Positions 36,653 through 49,300 of a stretch of 53,865 nt of DNA are shown here, one piece after another. The position numbers and the translations under genes are program-made. Source of the stretch: a virus (taxonomy: Duplodnaviria > Caudoviricetes). Location of the stretch: the IMG/VR virus record IMGVR_UViG_3300042398_001110, positions 1 through 53,865 of that record; one strand, written 5' to 3'. How positions within the stretch are numbered: position 1 is the stretch's first letter; every line of letters starts with the position of its first letter. The notes below the pieces were generated by a model. It saw only the letters and a program-made list of their open reading frames with translations, was not told the origin of the DNA and made no database searches.

Positions 36653-39600
36653 TTATAAACTTGTGCTAACTAGCCCTTGAGCAACAACAGTTCCTATCCA
36701 AACACCTGTTGTTCCCTGATAAGAGGTTAACATATATACATCTGCATAACCAGATACTCCAGTTATTGTTGGGGTGATACCATTCGCCCATAACACATTA
36801 GTCCATGTAATAGAAGCTGTGCCGCCATATTTTATAACTAACATTATTGTATTTACAGAAGGATTAGGCGCTCTATAATTATATGTAAAACTAGATATTG
36901 TTGTTGAAGCGGCTAAAGTTAAAACATGAATACCAGCAGCGGCGACATCAATTGTGCATCCTACTGTTCCGCTCAATGATTGAGATGCGCTTTTTTGAAC
37001 GTATGAGTTTGCTCTTACGACGTTTAAAATAGACGTACCTGCTGGATCAGTATAATAACCAGTATCATTACTATCGTAGAATATTTGCGCTCTTACTGAT
37101 GAACCATCAAATAATACATAATCTCCACCAACAACTCTAACTCTCCAACTACCACTTTGATTCAATAAACCAACGTCATTAGCAGTATCTGCATAAAAAT
37201 ATCCACGAACAGTTCCTGCATGACCGCCAGTTCTTAATCTTATGCCTTGTGCGCTTGAAGAGCTTGCGACATTCCAATAACTGACATCATCAGAATAAAA
37301 ATGCTGACCAGTTGCTTCATTATATAAACCATTACCACTCGTAGTACTTCTAAACCAATTTGCAGTATAATATTGTGCTGCTGTTATATTACCGGCTGCG
37401 GTAATAGCGTTTAAGTTGCTTGTGCTGGCAGGATCACAATAATATCCAGTATTATCCCAATCATAAAAAAGTGTTCCGCGAACATCGCCTGGAGTCCTAA
37501 GACTTCCTCCTCCCCACGCGCCTTTGAACACACCATTTTCTAGTATTAATAATCCATGACTTGCTAGATTACCTGCCGCTCCACCAGCATTTTGATGAGA
37601 CCAAGCAATACCATACAAATTACCAGTAGTGGTTCCATCAGCGGCTAATTTATAAGAATCACCCATCGCAAATACGCCTTGATATCTGCTTGCAGAATAA
37701 ACACCAACTACAGTATTTCCATAATTATCATCAATATAAAAATTACCGTTTGCTCTTGTTGCTTTTGTGGCTAAAGTTGTAGTGGCGGAATTACCAGTAC
37801 AAGAAGCGGAGCTTCCAGTCACGCTTATTCCCCATGAACCACTTGCGCCAGTTCCTGTTAATGTTGGGGCGTATGAGTTGTAGTTGCCAGTATGAATCAG
37901 TGATATCCAACTTCTCCAAGTTCCAGATTCAAGCCTTCGCATTCTGATGTCGTCACTCCAGAACGAATATGCAAGCTGGTAGCCATAGCCATCTGGAGAT
38001 CCCCAACTATTACCGATACAACTCATCCAGTTCCACCAGTCTGTTGTCGGCATTCCTGTCGTATTAGTTCCGAAATAAAATCCGGACGGGTCTGTGAGGC
38101 TGTTTGCGGTCCCGTTCTGACGAGTGCTTGAGCGCCCACGCGATCCCTCTCCTTGAACAAAGTTAGCCGCAGCGTTTCCACCAAGCTGGGTCGAGTTAGA
38201 AGCTGTAGCGGCATTACCAGTACAAGAAGCGGAGCTTCCACCAGCATTACCTGTGATACTTCCGGTAATTGTATTGATTACAGTTAAACCAAGTAAATTA
38301 CTTGTGCTTGCGGGATCTGTGTAGTATACAGTATTATCATTATCATAATATCTTTGAGCATATATATCACCTGATTGATTGTTACCATAACTAACTAATT
38401 TAAACCATGAACCAAAGCTGCCACCACTACATCTTCTCCACCAAGGACCACTATCAGTATTATATTGAGCAACCATCTGCCATCCATATGCAGTGCCACC
38501 AGTTGTACCAAGACTATTAGTGGTATAATGAAGCGCATTAAATCCATGAATATGCGTAAGACCTGAAGGATAATTTGTTCCATCCCAAATATCAATGAAG
38601 CCAGAACCACCATGAAAAGTTTCATTCGCTCCATATCCATTATGACCAAATGAACCTACATGATAGTTAGCATCACTTGAATAATCGACTCTTCTACTGT
38701 AATTATTTTTTGCACTTCCACCGATACTAACTTTGAAATCAGTTAATCCTAAATATCTTAAATAATTATCAGTTGAACAAGTTATTCTTGTCAATCTGTT
38801 TGCGAATCCAGAATCTCCCGAATCAGTATTAATCCATCCAGCTTGAATATACCCACTACCGTCAGTTCGTACAACTTTGTTGACTTCGTTATTTCTGCCG
38901 GTGTGAACATTAAGTCCATATGCTGTTGCAGCATTACCACCAATATTTAAACCTGATACAGTTGTATTAGAAGTTGTGGTTATTACTGTTCCAGTTAAAG
39001 CTCCTTGATTTGTATCCGTCATTACTACGTTGCCCCAAGCGGACCAAGTAATATTGTCTGTTTTATTTCTTACTCTCCAACCACTTGACGGTATGTTATA
39101 ATAATATTCGTGTTGAACTGTTCCAGTAGAACCACCGGGATTAAAACTTAATAAATTTCTGCTGTAACCAGTGTAAGTTATACTTCTAAAACCATTATCA
39201 GTATATGTATCAAGATTAGCTTCAGTTCCGCTAGTCAATCCACGCATAAAATTGGTATTTCCTTCGCCACCAAATTGTGTTGAATTAGAAGCTGTAGCGG
39301 CATTACCAGTACAAGAAGCAGAACTTCCAGAAGTGTTTTGATTACCTGCCGTATTCACGCCGGGAAGATTAATAGAAGCGGAACCATTGAAACTAACGCC
39401 ACCTATAGTTCTTGCTGTTTGCAAGATAGTTGCTGTTCCTGCGTTACCTGAAATTGAACCAGTAATTGTATTGGTTACAGTTAAACCTAGTAAGTTACTT
39501 GTGCTTGCTGGATCTGTGTAATAAGCTGTATTATTACTATCGTAGAATAATGGCGCTCTGAAAGATCCTTCTGATTCCGTATAAGTAACTTCTCCAAAAT

Positions 39601-42600
39601 AAAATCTTCCACTAAGTTCTTGAAAATAAGCAGTTCTAGCAGTAGTACCATCATGAAATGATATATATGGACTCCCAGCACTATATACAGCTATCGCACC
39701 TGCGCTGGACATTCCTGAAGTAGATCCAGCTACAATGCTATTATGTCTTGTAGCGTCCAATATTGATGTACTTGCAGGATCTAAATAATATGCAGTATTT
39801 GCGCTATCATAAAGAATAGGTGTTTGAACGCTTGAATTTCCATAAACGATATTTGCAATAAAGTTTTCATAGCCTGTGCCAGGATTGTTTCTTATTGACA
39901 TTCTACCAGATGACTCCATCAATATGTTCGATGCAACAACTCCAGACCAATGAAAACCAAGAGCAGGAGCATAAATTTCACTGGTAAGACCACCGCCTCC
40001 AGCCGCTTCTCTAACTTGTATATGTTGTACGTATGAAGTTCCTGCGCTTGTGGTTTGTATAAATGCTTGACCAGCAGCATAAATTCCTCCTGAATTTCCA
40101 TCAATACTAATACCTGTTAATGTTTGACCAGCAGATGCTCTATTCAAAGCGATTGCTGTTGTGCCAACGTAATGAGTGCTGTTTCCAAGTACACCTGAAG
40201 GAATTGTACCACTTAAATTTCCAGCGGTTAGAGTCGATGCCGTAGTTAACGCAGTGTTACCACCAATAGTTAATGCGTTTAAAACAGATGTACTTGCAGG
40301 ATCTAAATAATAAGCTGTATTATTAAAATCATAAAATATTGGCGCACGAATAGACGATACTCGCCAAATAAAATTACCACTATTATCCCAAATGCAATCT
40401 TGATTCCACCCACCACTTGTGCTTCTTCTATAAAAATTTATACTATCGCTTGAGTGATGCAACATATACCACCAAGTTGAAGATGTGCTTTGGAATCCAA
40501 TACTTGGACTATTTCCACCTATATTTATTCCACCGCCCCAAGCACTTGCGCTACTGTCGTACCAATTTTTATTTGTTTTTAACTCTAAAATATTAGATAA
40601 ACTTGATGGATCTGTATAATAAGTAGTATCATTACTATCATAGAAAATAGGTGCGCGAACATCAACTGTTGAAGTTAAAGAGGATGTAAATGCAGAATAA
40701 TTAACATAATTACTAGTCGTTAATCCATTTGTAGCGGTTGCTGCATTACCATCTATGCTAACTCCAGTAAGAGTTTGAGATGCTGATCCTCTATTAAGAG
40801 CAATAGATGTTGTGCCAATAAAATGAGCGCTGTTTCCAAGAACACCTGAAGGAATAGTTCCACTAAGATTACCAGCGGTTAAAGTCGAACTAGTATATAA
40901 TCCATTTGTAACAGTCGCCGCGTTACCAGTAATACTTGTTGCTAGTTCAACTTTAGATATTGTAGTAACTCTTGTCAAAGCGGATGTAGTCGCATCTGTA
41001 ACCGTCCATCCTTCTAAAGGAGCATTGCCTTGATCATAAATACATCTTACATTAAATCTTCCGTAATAAATAAGACTAGATAAATGTAAACATACTTTTC
41101 CGCTTGCATTTGTTCCAATTGAAACAGTGCCGGGATTCCAAGCGCCTAAATTAGTGTAACTTAAATTTGTCCAGCTATTGTTATAAGCGTACCACACTAT
41201 TTCTAGATGTATTGGCACCCCATTACCGTAAGCGTAGCCCTCAATAATTACAGTAGGCATGTTGAATGTGCTGTAATCGATATTTGTAGTTATTAAATAT
41301 CCATTTGTAGGAGTTGCGCCTCCTCCATAATACACGCAAGTTAAACCATGATTGGCGGCAGATATAGTAGCTGCTCTTAAATTATTTAAGTTACTAGTAG
41401 AATTAGGATTAAGAAAATAACCAGTATCATTACTGTCGTAGAAGATCGGCGCTCGGAAATCAGTATCAGAATAAGCCGAACCAACTACATGTAATTTATT
41501 AGCAGGGCTTGTTGTGCCTATACCAACATTACCATTACCTAATATATTAACAAGATGATCGGCTGCATATAGCCCTAAAGAAAGCATGTTAAGTGCTGAT
41601 CCATCAGCTACATGTCTATAACCAATATACGAGCAATTATATTGACTCTGTGCTTTACCTATGAGATTTATTGCGGTTTCAGTTGCTGCTAAATTTGCGT
41701 ACATCACTGAAGATCCCCAATTAAATGCATCTGATGCAGTTCCTGCTATTCTTAAAAAAGCGACACCGTCACCACCAACACCTGCTAAATGTAATAATGA
41801 CGTAGGGCTTGTTGTACCTATACCAACTTTTCCAGCCACCAATAAAGATGTTCCTGAATTTGCGGCGTCTAAATAATATGCTGTATTATCACTATCGTAA
41901 AATATCGGCGCACGAAATGAACCAGACGATGTGGCATTTCCACCACCGAGAGTAAATGTCCATGTTGAACCATAACCATAATTATTAAACTCTACACTGC
42001 TTGAATTATTATACAAAATTCCTGAAGTTGTATAAGTTCTAGATCCCCAACTACCATATGATCCAGCCGTTCCGCCCAAATAAAGAATTCCACTTAATTG
42101 AGCATCACCGCTTACGCTTAGTCTTAAATCTGGAGTTACATTTCCTAAACCAAGATTTAATAATCGAGAATTACTAGCGGGATCAACATAATAAGCAGTA
42201 TCATTACTATCATAAAAAATAGGAGCGCGACTATCTGTATTAGCAGTCAACGATCCACCAAACCATCCATTACCATTATTTAAATCAACATAAAAACGAG
42301 CCGCACCAGCACCAACAAATCCCAAACGATTCGAATCTCCTGATCCGCCTAAGAGTCCACCAGCAATTGTTTCAAAATATAAACCCCAATTAACGTTGCC
42401 AGGGGTTATCCAAAAATTATTAACATCTACTACTTGCAAGTAAGCATAACCAGTAACAGCAGATGAAACTATACCTGCAAACGATGGCGTATTAGCTGTT
42501 CCTACGTTTTGATTGATTGTGTAAGCGGTTATGTTTGAGGAAGTTCCAGATGTGTTTTGGTTACCTGCTGTATTAACACCGGGAAGATTAATAGCAGCCG

Positions 42601-43354
42601 AACCGTTGAAGCTAACGCCACCTATAGTTCTTGCTGTTTGTAATATAGTTGCTGTACCAGCATTACCACTAACGCTTCCAGTGATTGTGTTGGCGACAGT
42701 TAAACCGACTAAATTGCTTGTACTGGCAGCATCAATATAATACGCTGTATTTGTAATATCATAAAACGATTGAGCATAAATATTATTTACAACTCTTACA
42801 TTACTGTCTGCATTTCCAACTGAAAAAATTTCTGTGCCTTCTCCGACAAGATTATTATAAAACCTAGTCCCACCGTAGCCATAGTAAGCCCCTATTCTTA
42901 TTCCAGTGTGCCAGTTTAATGTGAGCTTAGAATAGTTGCCGCCAACATTCTCCATTGCGGTAAATATCTTATAAGCTTGGCTGGAAGTGTAATCTCCACC
43001 AAATGTAAGTCCGGTTCCAGCGGTTCCACCAGCACCAACAGTCCACGGTTGAGCGTTATCAGCGCCAAAATTTAATCTTGTTAATTGTAATGTGGCAAAT
43101 GTAGGACTATTGCTACTCCCTACGTTTTGATTAATTGTATATGCAGTTATATTGGCAGCATTACCATCAATACTAACACCAGTTAATGTTTGTGCGCCGC
43201 TCGCTCTATTAAAAACATTTTGTGTAGTACCAACATAATACGTAGAATTAGCGGCTACGCCATAAGTTCCTATATTAGAGGCTGTGACTATGGTTGTTGC
43301 TGATTGTCCACCATCCGCTGTTCTTATTGTTGAACCATGATTAAGAATTGCCAT
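36653..43354 (-). CDS. Long modular tail fibre (2233 aa)
   Basis: 11 copies of the RAPIFYDSNxTxYYxDPASTS-type linker, GNAATA repeats, VGIGTTSP motifs and three pyocin-knob-like W..W modules. Confidence 0.88.
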   Translation of the reverse strand: MAILNHGSTIRTADGGQSATTIVTASNIGTYGVAANSTYYVGTTQNVFNRASGAQTLTGVSIDGNAANITAYTINQNVGSSNSPTFATLQLTRLNFGADNAQPWTVGAGGTAGTGLTFGGDYTSSQAYKIFTAMENVGGNYSKLTLNWHTGIRIGAYYGYGGTRFYNNLVGEGTEIFSVGNADSNVRVVNNIYAQSFYDITNTAYYIDAASTSNLVGLTVANTITGSVSGNAGTATILQTARTIGGVSFNGSAAINLPGVNTAGNQNTSGTSSNITAYTINQNVGTANTPSFAGIVSSAVTGYAYLQVVDVNNFWITPGNVNWGLYFETIAGGLLGGSGDSNRLGFVGAGAARFYVDLNNGNGWFGGSLTANTDSRAPIFYDSNDTAYYVDPASNSRLLNLGLGNVTPDLRLSVSGDAQLSGILYLGGTAGSYGSWGSRTYTTSGILYNNSSSVEFNNYGYGSTWTFTLGGGNATSSGSFRAPIFYDSDNTAYYLDAANSGTSLLVAGKVGIGTTSPTSLLHLAGVGGDGVAFLRIAGTASDAFNWGSSVMYANLAATETAINLIGKAQSQYNCSYIGYRHVADGSALNMLSLGLYAADHLVNILGNGNVGIGTTSPANKLHVVGSAYSDTDFRAPIFYDSNDTGYFLNPNSTSNLNNLRAATISAANHGLTCVYYGGGATPTNGYLITTNIDYSTFNMPTVIIEGYAYGNGVPIHLEIVWYAYNNSWTNLSYTNLGAWNPGTVSIGTNASGKVCLHLSSLIYYGRFNVRCIYDQGNAPLEGWTVTDATTSALTRVTTISKVELATSITGNAATVTNGLYTSSTLTAGNLSGTIPSGVLGNSAHFIGTTSIALNRGSASQTLTGVSIDGNAATATNGLTTSNYVNYSAFTSSLTSTVDVRAPIFYDSNDTTYYTDPSSLSNILELKTNKNWYDSSASAWGGGINIGGNSPSIGFQSTSSTWWYMLHHSSDSINFYRRSTSGGWNQDCIWDNSGNFIWRVSSIRAPIFYDFNNTAYYLDPASTSVLNALTIGGNTALTTASTLTAGNLSGTIPSGVLGNSTHYVGTTAIALNRASAGQTLTGISIDGNSGGIYAAGQAFIQTTSAGTSYVQHIQVREAAGGGGLTSEIYAPALGFHWSGVVASNILMESSGRMSIRNNPGTGYENFIANIVYGNSSVQTPILYDSANTAYYLDPASTSILDATRHNSIVAGSTSGMSSAGAIAVYSAGSPYISFHDGTTARTAYFQELSGRFYFGEVTYTESEGSFRAPLFYDSNNTAYYTDPASTSNLLGLTVTNTITGSISGNAGTATILQTARTIGGVSFNGSASINLPGVNTAGNQNTSGSSASCTGNAATASNSTQFGGEGNTNFMRGLTSGTEANLDTYTDNGFRSITYTGYSRNLLSFNPGGSTGTVQHEYYYNIPSSGWRVRNKTDNITWSAWGNVVMTDTNQGALTGTVITTTSNTTVSGLNIGGNAATAYGLNVHTGRNNEVNKVVRTDGSGYIQAGWINTDSGDSGFANRLTRITCSTDNYLRYLGLTDFKVSIGGSAKNNYSRRVDYSSDANYHVGSFGHNGYGANETFHGGSGFIDIWDGTNYPSGLTHIHGFNALHYTTNSLGTTGGTAYGWQMVAQYNTDSGPWWRRCSGGSFGSWFKLVSYGNNQSGDIYAQRYYDNDNTVYYTDPASTSNLLGLTVINTITGSITGNAGGSSASCTGNAATASNSTQLGGNAAANFVQGEGSRGRSSTRQNGTANSLTDPSGFYFGTNTTGMPTTDWWNWMSCIGNSWGSPDGYGYQLAYSFWSDDIRMRRLESGTWRSWISLIHTGNYNSYAPTLTGTGASGSWGISVTGSSASCTGNSATTTLATKATRANGNFYIDDNYGNTVVGVYSASRYQGVFAMGDSYKLAADGTTTGNLYGIAWSHQNAGGAAGNLASHGLLILENGVFKGAWGGGSLRTPGDVRGTLFYDWDNTGYYCDPASTSNLNAITAAGNITAAQYYTANWFRSTTSGNGLYNEATGQHFYSDDVSYWNVASSSSAQGIRLRTGGHAGTVRGYFYADTANDVGLLNQSGSWRVRVVGGDYVLFDGSSVRAQIFYDSNDTGYYTDPAGTSILNVVRANSYVQKSASQSLSGTVGCTIDVAAAGIHVLTLAASTTISSFTYNYRAPNPSVNTIMLVIKYGGTASITWTNVLWANGITPTITGVSGYADVYMLTSYQGTTGVWIGTVVAQGLVSTSL

Positions 43355-43376
43355 ATTTTTTTATATATTTATTATG

Positions 43377-46300
43377 TTACTTATTTAATTGCTTTTTTAA
43401 CTCTGCGAGTTCGGCGGCCAACTCATTTACTGCACTAATCAATACAGAAGTTAGTTTCGAATAGTTTACACCTAAAGGACGACCATTTTCATATTCTACT
43501 AATTCTGGATATACTTGGGCGACTTCTTCTGCAATCAATCCTAGACTGCGTTTGTTGTCTTTTTTGTAATTAAATGATACAGGCGACAGTTTGGCGATTT
43601 TGGCGGTTTGACTTGTGAGCTTTTTGACATTTGTTTTGGCGACAACACTTGATGTTTCAATCATTGTTGTACAAGTAATTGTGCCGACGACTTCTAGTTT
43701 GGTGGCTGGGCCTGTTGTTCCGATACCAACATTACCACTACTATCAACATTTATTCTTCTATTACCTTGGCCGTCAGCGATTATAATGTTATTGGCAATT
43801 GTGGCACTTAATCCTGTGACGTTTGCTCCGAGGATTGTGTTGTAGTTGCCTGTGGTAATACCACGACCAGTGTTAAATCCAAGTAATGTATTTGTTCTGC
43901 CTGTTGTTATGTCATAACCACCAGTTTGACCAACTGCTGTATTTTCAATACCAGTTGTATTATTTTGCAAAACACTATAACCAAAAGCGCTATTAGACAC
44001 GCCAATAGTATTATTAGGCAAAGCACTGCGACCTACTGCTGTATTATTACTACCTGTTGTATTTGCTGTTAATGCGAATACGCCAAATGCACTATTACTT
44101 TGACCAAAAGTATTATTTTGTAAAGCTATACTTCCAAATGAAGCGTTATACGCACCCGTTGTATTACTAGTTAAAGCGTTATAACCAACGGCGGTATTAT
44201 CACTTGTAGTATTATTAAGTAAAGCGTGAAAACCAATGGCTGTATTAGTTGAACCAACTGTGTTATAAAATAAAGCTTGATAACCAAAACCTGTATTAGC
44301 ACTACCTGTAGTATCCTGTCTTAACGCTCTATAACCAAAAGCGCTGTTACCACTACCAATCGTATTATATCTTAAAGCATCAAATCCAAACGCACTATTT
44401 CTATTACCAACTGTATTGGTAGTTAAAGCTCTAGTGCCAAATGCGGTGTTGCTTGTGCCTGTCGTATTAGCATTTAATGCTTTATAACCAAAAGCACTGT
44501 TATAATTTGTTGTATTACTATATAGAGCTTGATGACCCACTGCCACATTACCAATACCATTTACATTTAATCTTAATGTTTCATTACCTATTCCAACATT
44601 ATTCGCAGCACCAACTGTAGAATACATTGACAAATAACCAAAAGCATTATTATTAATACCCGTTGTATTAATAACTAACGCTTGCATACCAATTGCTGTA
44701 TTTCTATTGCCTGTAGTATTTTCTCTAAGAGCTTGAACACCTACCGCAACATTATTAGAACCAATAGTATTAAGTTTTAATGAATCAGAACCGACTGATG
44801 TATTATTAACACCTGTAGTGTTTGTAATTAAAGCTCTGTAACCAAATCCTGAATTGTTTGTACCAATTGTATTGGCTTGTAATGCTGCAAAACCAACTGC
44901 GGTATTTTGTATACCAGTCGTATTAGCAAATAAAGCTTTATAACCAAAAGCGCTGTTACTGTTTGTTGTATTTGCAAACAAAGCATAATCACCAAATGCG
45001 CTATTATTAGATCCATTGACATTACTTGATAACGCTCCGTTGCCGACAGAAACATTTCTATTGCCAACTGTATTTGCAATTAAATTATTAAGACCTATTG
45101 ACACATTCGACACGCCAGTAGTATTAGCTCTTAAAGCGTATTTACCAAACGCACTATTACTAGCGCCAGTTGTATTAAATACTAAAGCCTGAAAACCAAA
45201 TGCACTATTATTTGCACCAATTGTATTTCTTTCCAAAGCGCTAGTGCCAAATGCACTATTTCCACTGCCAGTTGTATTGAGATTTAGCGCTTGATAACCA
45301 ACTGCGGTATTAGTTATTCCAATTGTATTAGATAATAAAGATGCGTAACCAACTGCAACATTGTATGTACCTGTCGTATTATTTTGTAAAGCTTTATAAC
45401 CAAAAGCACTATTATTACTTGCAGTATTATCAAGTAAAGAGTTAAAACCAACGGCCACATTGCCTGTACCAACTGTATTATAATATAAACATTGATAACC
45501 AAAAGCTGTATTATTTTTACCTGTAGTATTACTTCTTAATGTTCTGTAACCAAATGCACTATTGCTTTGACCAATTGTATTAGATTTTAAAGCGTAAAAA
45601 CCAAATGCACTATTTAAAGATCCAGTAGTATTATGATAAAGAGCTTGATAACCAAACGCACTGTTGTTTGCGCCTATTGTATTACTATATAATGAATTAC
45701 CACCAACCGCAGTGTTTTTATTACCAGTTGTATTAGTGAATAATGATAAATAACCAACGGCAACGTTATTAGCTCCAATCGTATTTAACTGTAAAGAGTT
45801 AGAACCAACGGCTACATTATTATTACCAGTAGTATTCGTCTCCAAAGCACTTCTTCCGATAGCGGTATTTTGGTCGCCAATTGTATTGTTATATAAAGCA
45901 TTATATCCAAACGCACTATTAACCCCACCTATTGTATTGTTATGTAAAGCTCTATGACCAAAAGCGGCGTTACGAGCGCCACTATTATTATAGTATAAAG
46001 ATTGATAACCAACGGCGGTACTACTATAACCAATTGTATTACTATGTAAAGCGCTTAGACCTACAGCAGTATTATTACTACCTGTAGTATTACTCGTTAA
46101 AGCTGCCGCGCCTACCGCTACATTGCTTGTTCCAATTGTATTTGCAAACAAAGACATATAACCAAATCCAGCATTACCACTTGTGGTATTATTTTGTAAT
46201 ACTCTGTGACCAAATGCTGTATTTGAACTACCATTGACATTTGCAAATAATGAATACCAACCAAAAGTATTGTTTTTTGTACCAACTGTATTACTATATA

Positions 46301-49300
46301 ATGCGTTAAAACCTACTGCATTATTGGCAGAACCAGTTGTATTACTATATAAAGCGCTACAGCCTACAGCAACACTTTGAGCGCCTATAGAATTACTATA
46401 TAATGTTTTATAACCAAATGCTGTATTTTGATTACCTGCGGTATTAGTAAATAACGAAGAATGCCCTATAGCAGTATTACTTGTACCACTTGTATTATAA
46501 ACCATTGTATCTCTGCCGATTGCAATATTGTTATTACCTATAGTGTTTTCTCTTAACGATTGAAAACCAAATGCTACATTATTTATGCCAGTTGTATTTA
46601 ATTTCAAAGCATAAAAACCAAATGCACTATTAAAAGATCCAGTAGTATTGGTAAGTAAAGCTGAATGACCAACTGCGGTATTATATATACCTATAGTATT
46701 AGATTCTAATGCACTACGTCCAACTGCGGAATTATATATACCTGTAGTATTACTATATAAAGCTCTATAACCAAATGCGCTGTTATCACTTGTACTATTA
46801 CTATATAAAGCTTCTTTACCAAACGCTGAATTTCTAGAACCTCCATTATTATTTAATAAAGCGTAGTTTCCAAATGCACTATTATTAAGACCTGTTAGAT
46901 TGCTTTGTAAAGCAGCACGCCCAAAAGCAGCATTATGTGTACCTATTGTGTTATTTCTTAAAGCGTAAAGACCAAATGCGCTATTATTAAAACCACTTGT
47001 ATTTGCATATAATGATCTATAACCAACTGCGGTATTATTACTACCAGTGGTATTATAAACTAACGCATCTCTACCAAATGCACTATTAGCAATACCAATT
47101 GTATTAGTATATAAAGCATAAAAACCAAACGCACTGTTAGCTTGACCTATGGTATTAGACTTTAAAGCATAAAAACCAAACGCACTGTTTTGTACACCAC
47201 TTGTATTATTTCCCAACGCAGCAAGACCAACTGCGGTATTACGACTACCTGTTGAATTAGAATACAATGAATACGCTCCAACCGCAACGTTATATTGTCC
47301 AATCGTATTATTATATAATGAAAGAGCGCCAATTGCTACATTTTGTATACCAGTCGTATTACTAAATAAAGTTGCACGCCCTAAAGCTGCATTATAACCA
47401 CCAAATGTATTACTTTGTAAAGCATTTGCACCAATAGCGGTATTATTTGTGCCAGTAGTATTTGATAATAACGCTTTATAACCAAATGCACTATTAACTC
47501 CTGCTGTGGTATTATTTTGTAAAGAACCATAACCAAATGCACAATTTTGCTGACCAATTGTATTATTTTGCAAAGATTTATGTCCTACAGCAGTATTATT
47601 TGCGCCTGTGGTATTATTGTATAAAGATTCAAAACCAACCGCAGTATTTGCTGTACCAATTGTATTAACATATAAAGCCATTGTGCCAAATGCCACATTA
47701 TAACTACCTGTTGTATTAAATAACATTGAGGCATAACCAAATGCAGTATTACGCACACCAATCGTATTTAATCTTAGCGAGCTATAACCAAACGCACTAT
47801 TACGATTACCAGTTGTATTAGAATTTAAAGCTTTGTAACCGAATGCGCTATTATAATTACCAAACGTGTTAGCAGATAGCGAGTTATAACCAACGGCTGT
47901 ATTATAAGATCCTCTGGTATTTGATTGTAATGAGATGTATCCAACAGCAACATTGTACTGACCTGTTGTATTAGCATTTAATGCTTTATATCCGAAAGCA
48001 CTGTTGTTACTTACAGTATTATTAAGCAAAGCTTGAAAACCAACAACGGTATTATTATTACCAGTAGTATTATAAAATAATGAATTATATCCTATAGCGG
48101 TATTACTATTTCCAGAAACATTACTATACAAAGTTGTATAACCAAATGAAGTATTATTATTGCCAACTGTGTTTTGAGCTAAATTTTCATATCCAATCGC
48201 ACAATTAAATTGACCAGCTGTATTATTAAGTAAAGCTCTATTACCAACTGCAACGTTTCTTATGCCAACTGTATTTGATTTTAAAGCGTAAAATCCAAAT
48301 GCACTGTTAAAATTACCCGTGGTATTATTTAATAAAGCGTTTAGACCAAAGGCGCTATTACCTTCGCCTTTAGTATTTGCTTGTAATGTTCCATTGCCGA
48401 CGGCTGTATTATTGTTACCAGTTGTATTATAATATAATGAATTAAAACCTACTGCTACATTATTAACACCTATCGTATTACTTACTAAACTACTATAACC
48501 AAATGCGCTATTATTTCCACCACTAGTATTATAAAATAAACTAGCAACACCAACGGCTGTATTACCTGTGCCTATTGTATTATTTTGCAATGCGCCTTTT
48601 CCAAATGCCGAATTATTTATTCCTGTTGTATTACTTAATAAAGCGCTTAGACCAACTGCTGTATTGTTGTTACCTATAGTATTGCTTTGCAATGCGCTTG
48701 TTCCTACAGCAGTATTACTTTGACCTATAGTATTACTAAGTAAAGACTGATAACCTACAGCGGTATTATTTGCACCTATTGCATTAACAGCTAAAGCTTG
48801 ATTACCAAATGCGGTATTATAACTACCTGTTGTATTTGATTTTAAAGCGTAATAACCAAACGCACTGTTAAATCCACCGATTGTATTTAATTTTAATGAT
48901 CCCCAACCAAATGCGCTATTTCTTTGACCAATTGTATTGTTTTCTAAAGCGCTGTATCCTACAGCTACATTCAGAGTGCCTGTTGTATTAAGAAATAAAG
49001 CTCTATAACCAACTGCGGTATTATTACTAGCTATATTAGTATAAAGCGCCAAATAACCAACTGCGGTATTGTTTTCGCCACCAGAATTAGTAACTAATGC
49101 TCCATAACCAAACGCACTGTTGCGAACGCCGCCTGTATTATTTCTCATTGCGTACATACCAAATGCACTATTGTATGCACCTGTTGTATTTAATAATAAA
49201 GAATAAAAACCTACAGCGCTATTATAGTTACCAGTTGTGTTGTAATATAAAGCGCCAGATGCAACTGCTGTATTATAAACGCCTATTGTATTATTTCTTA

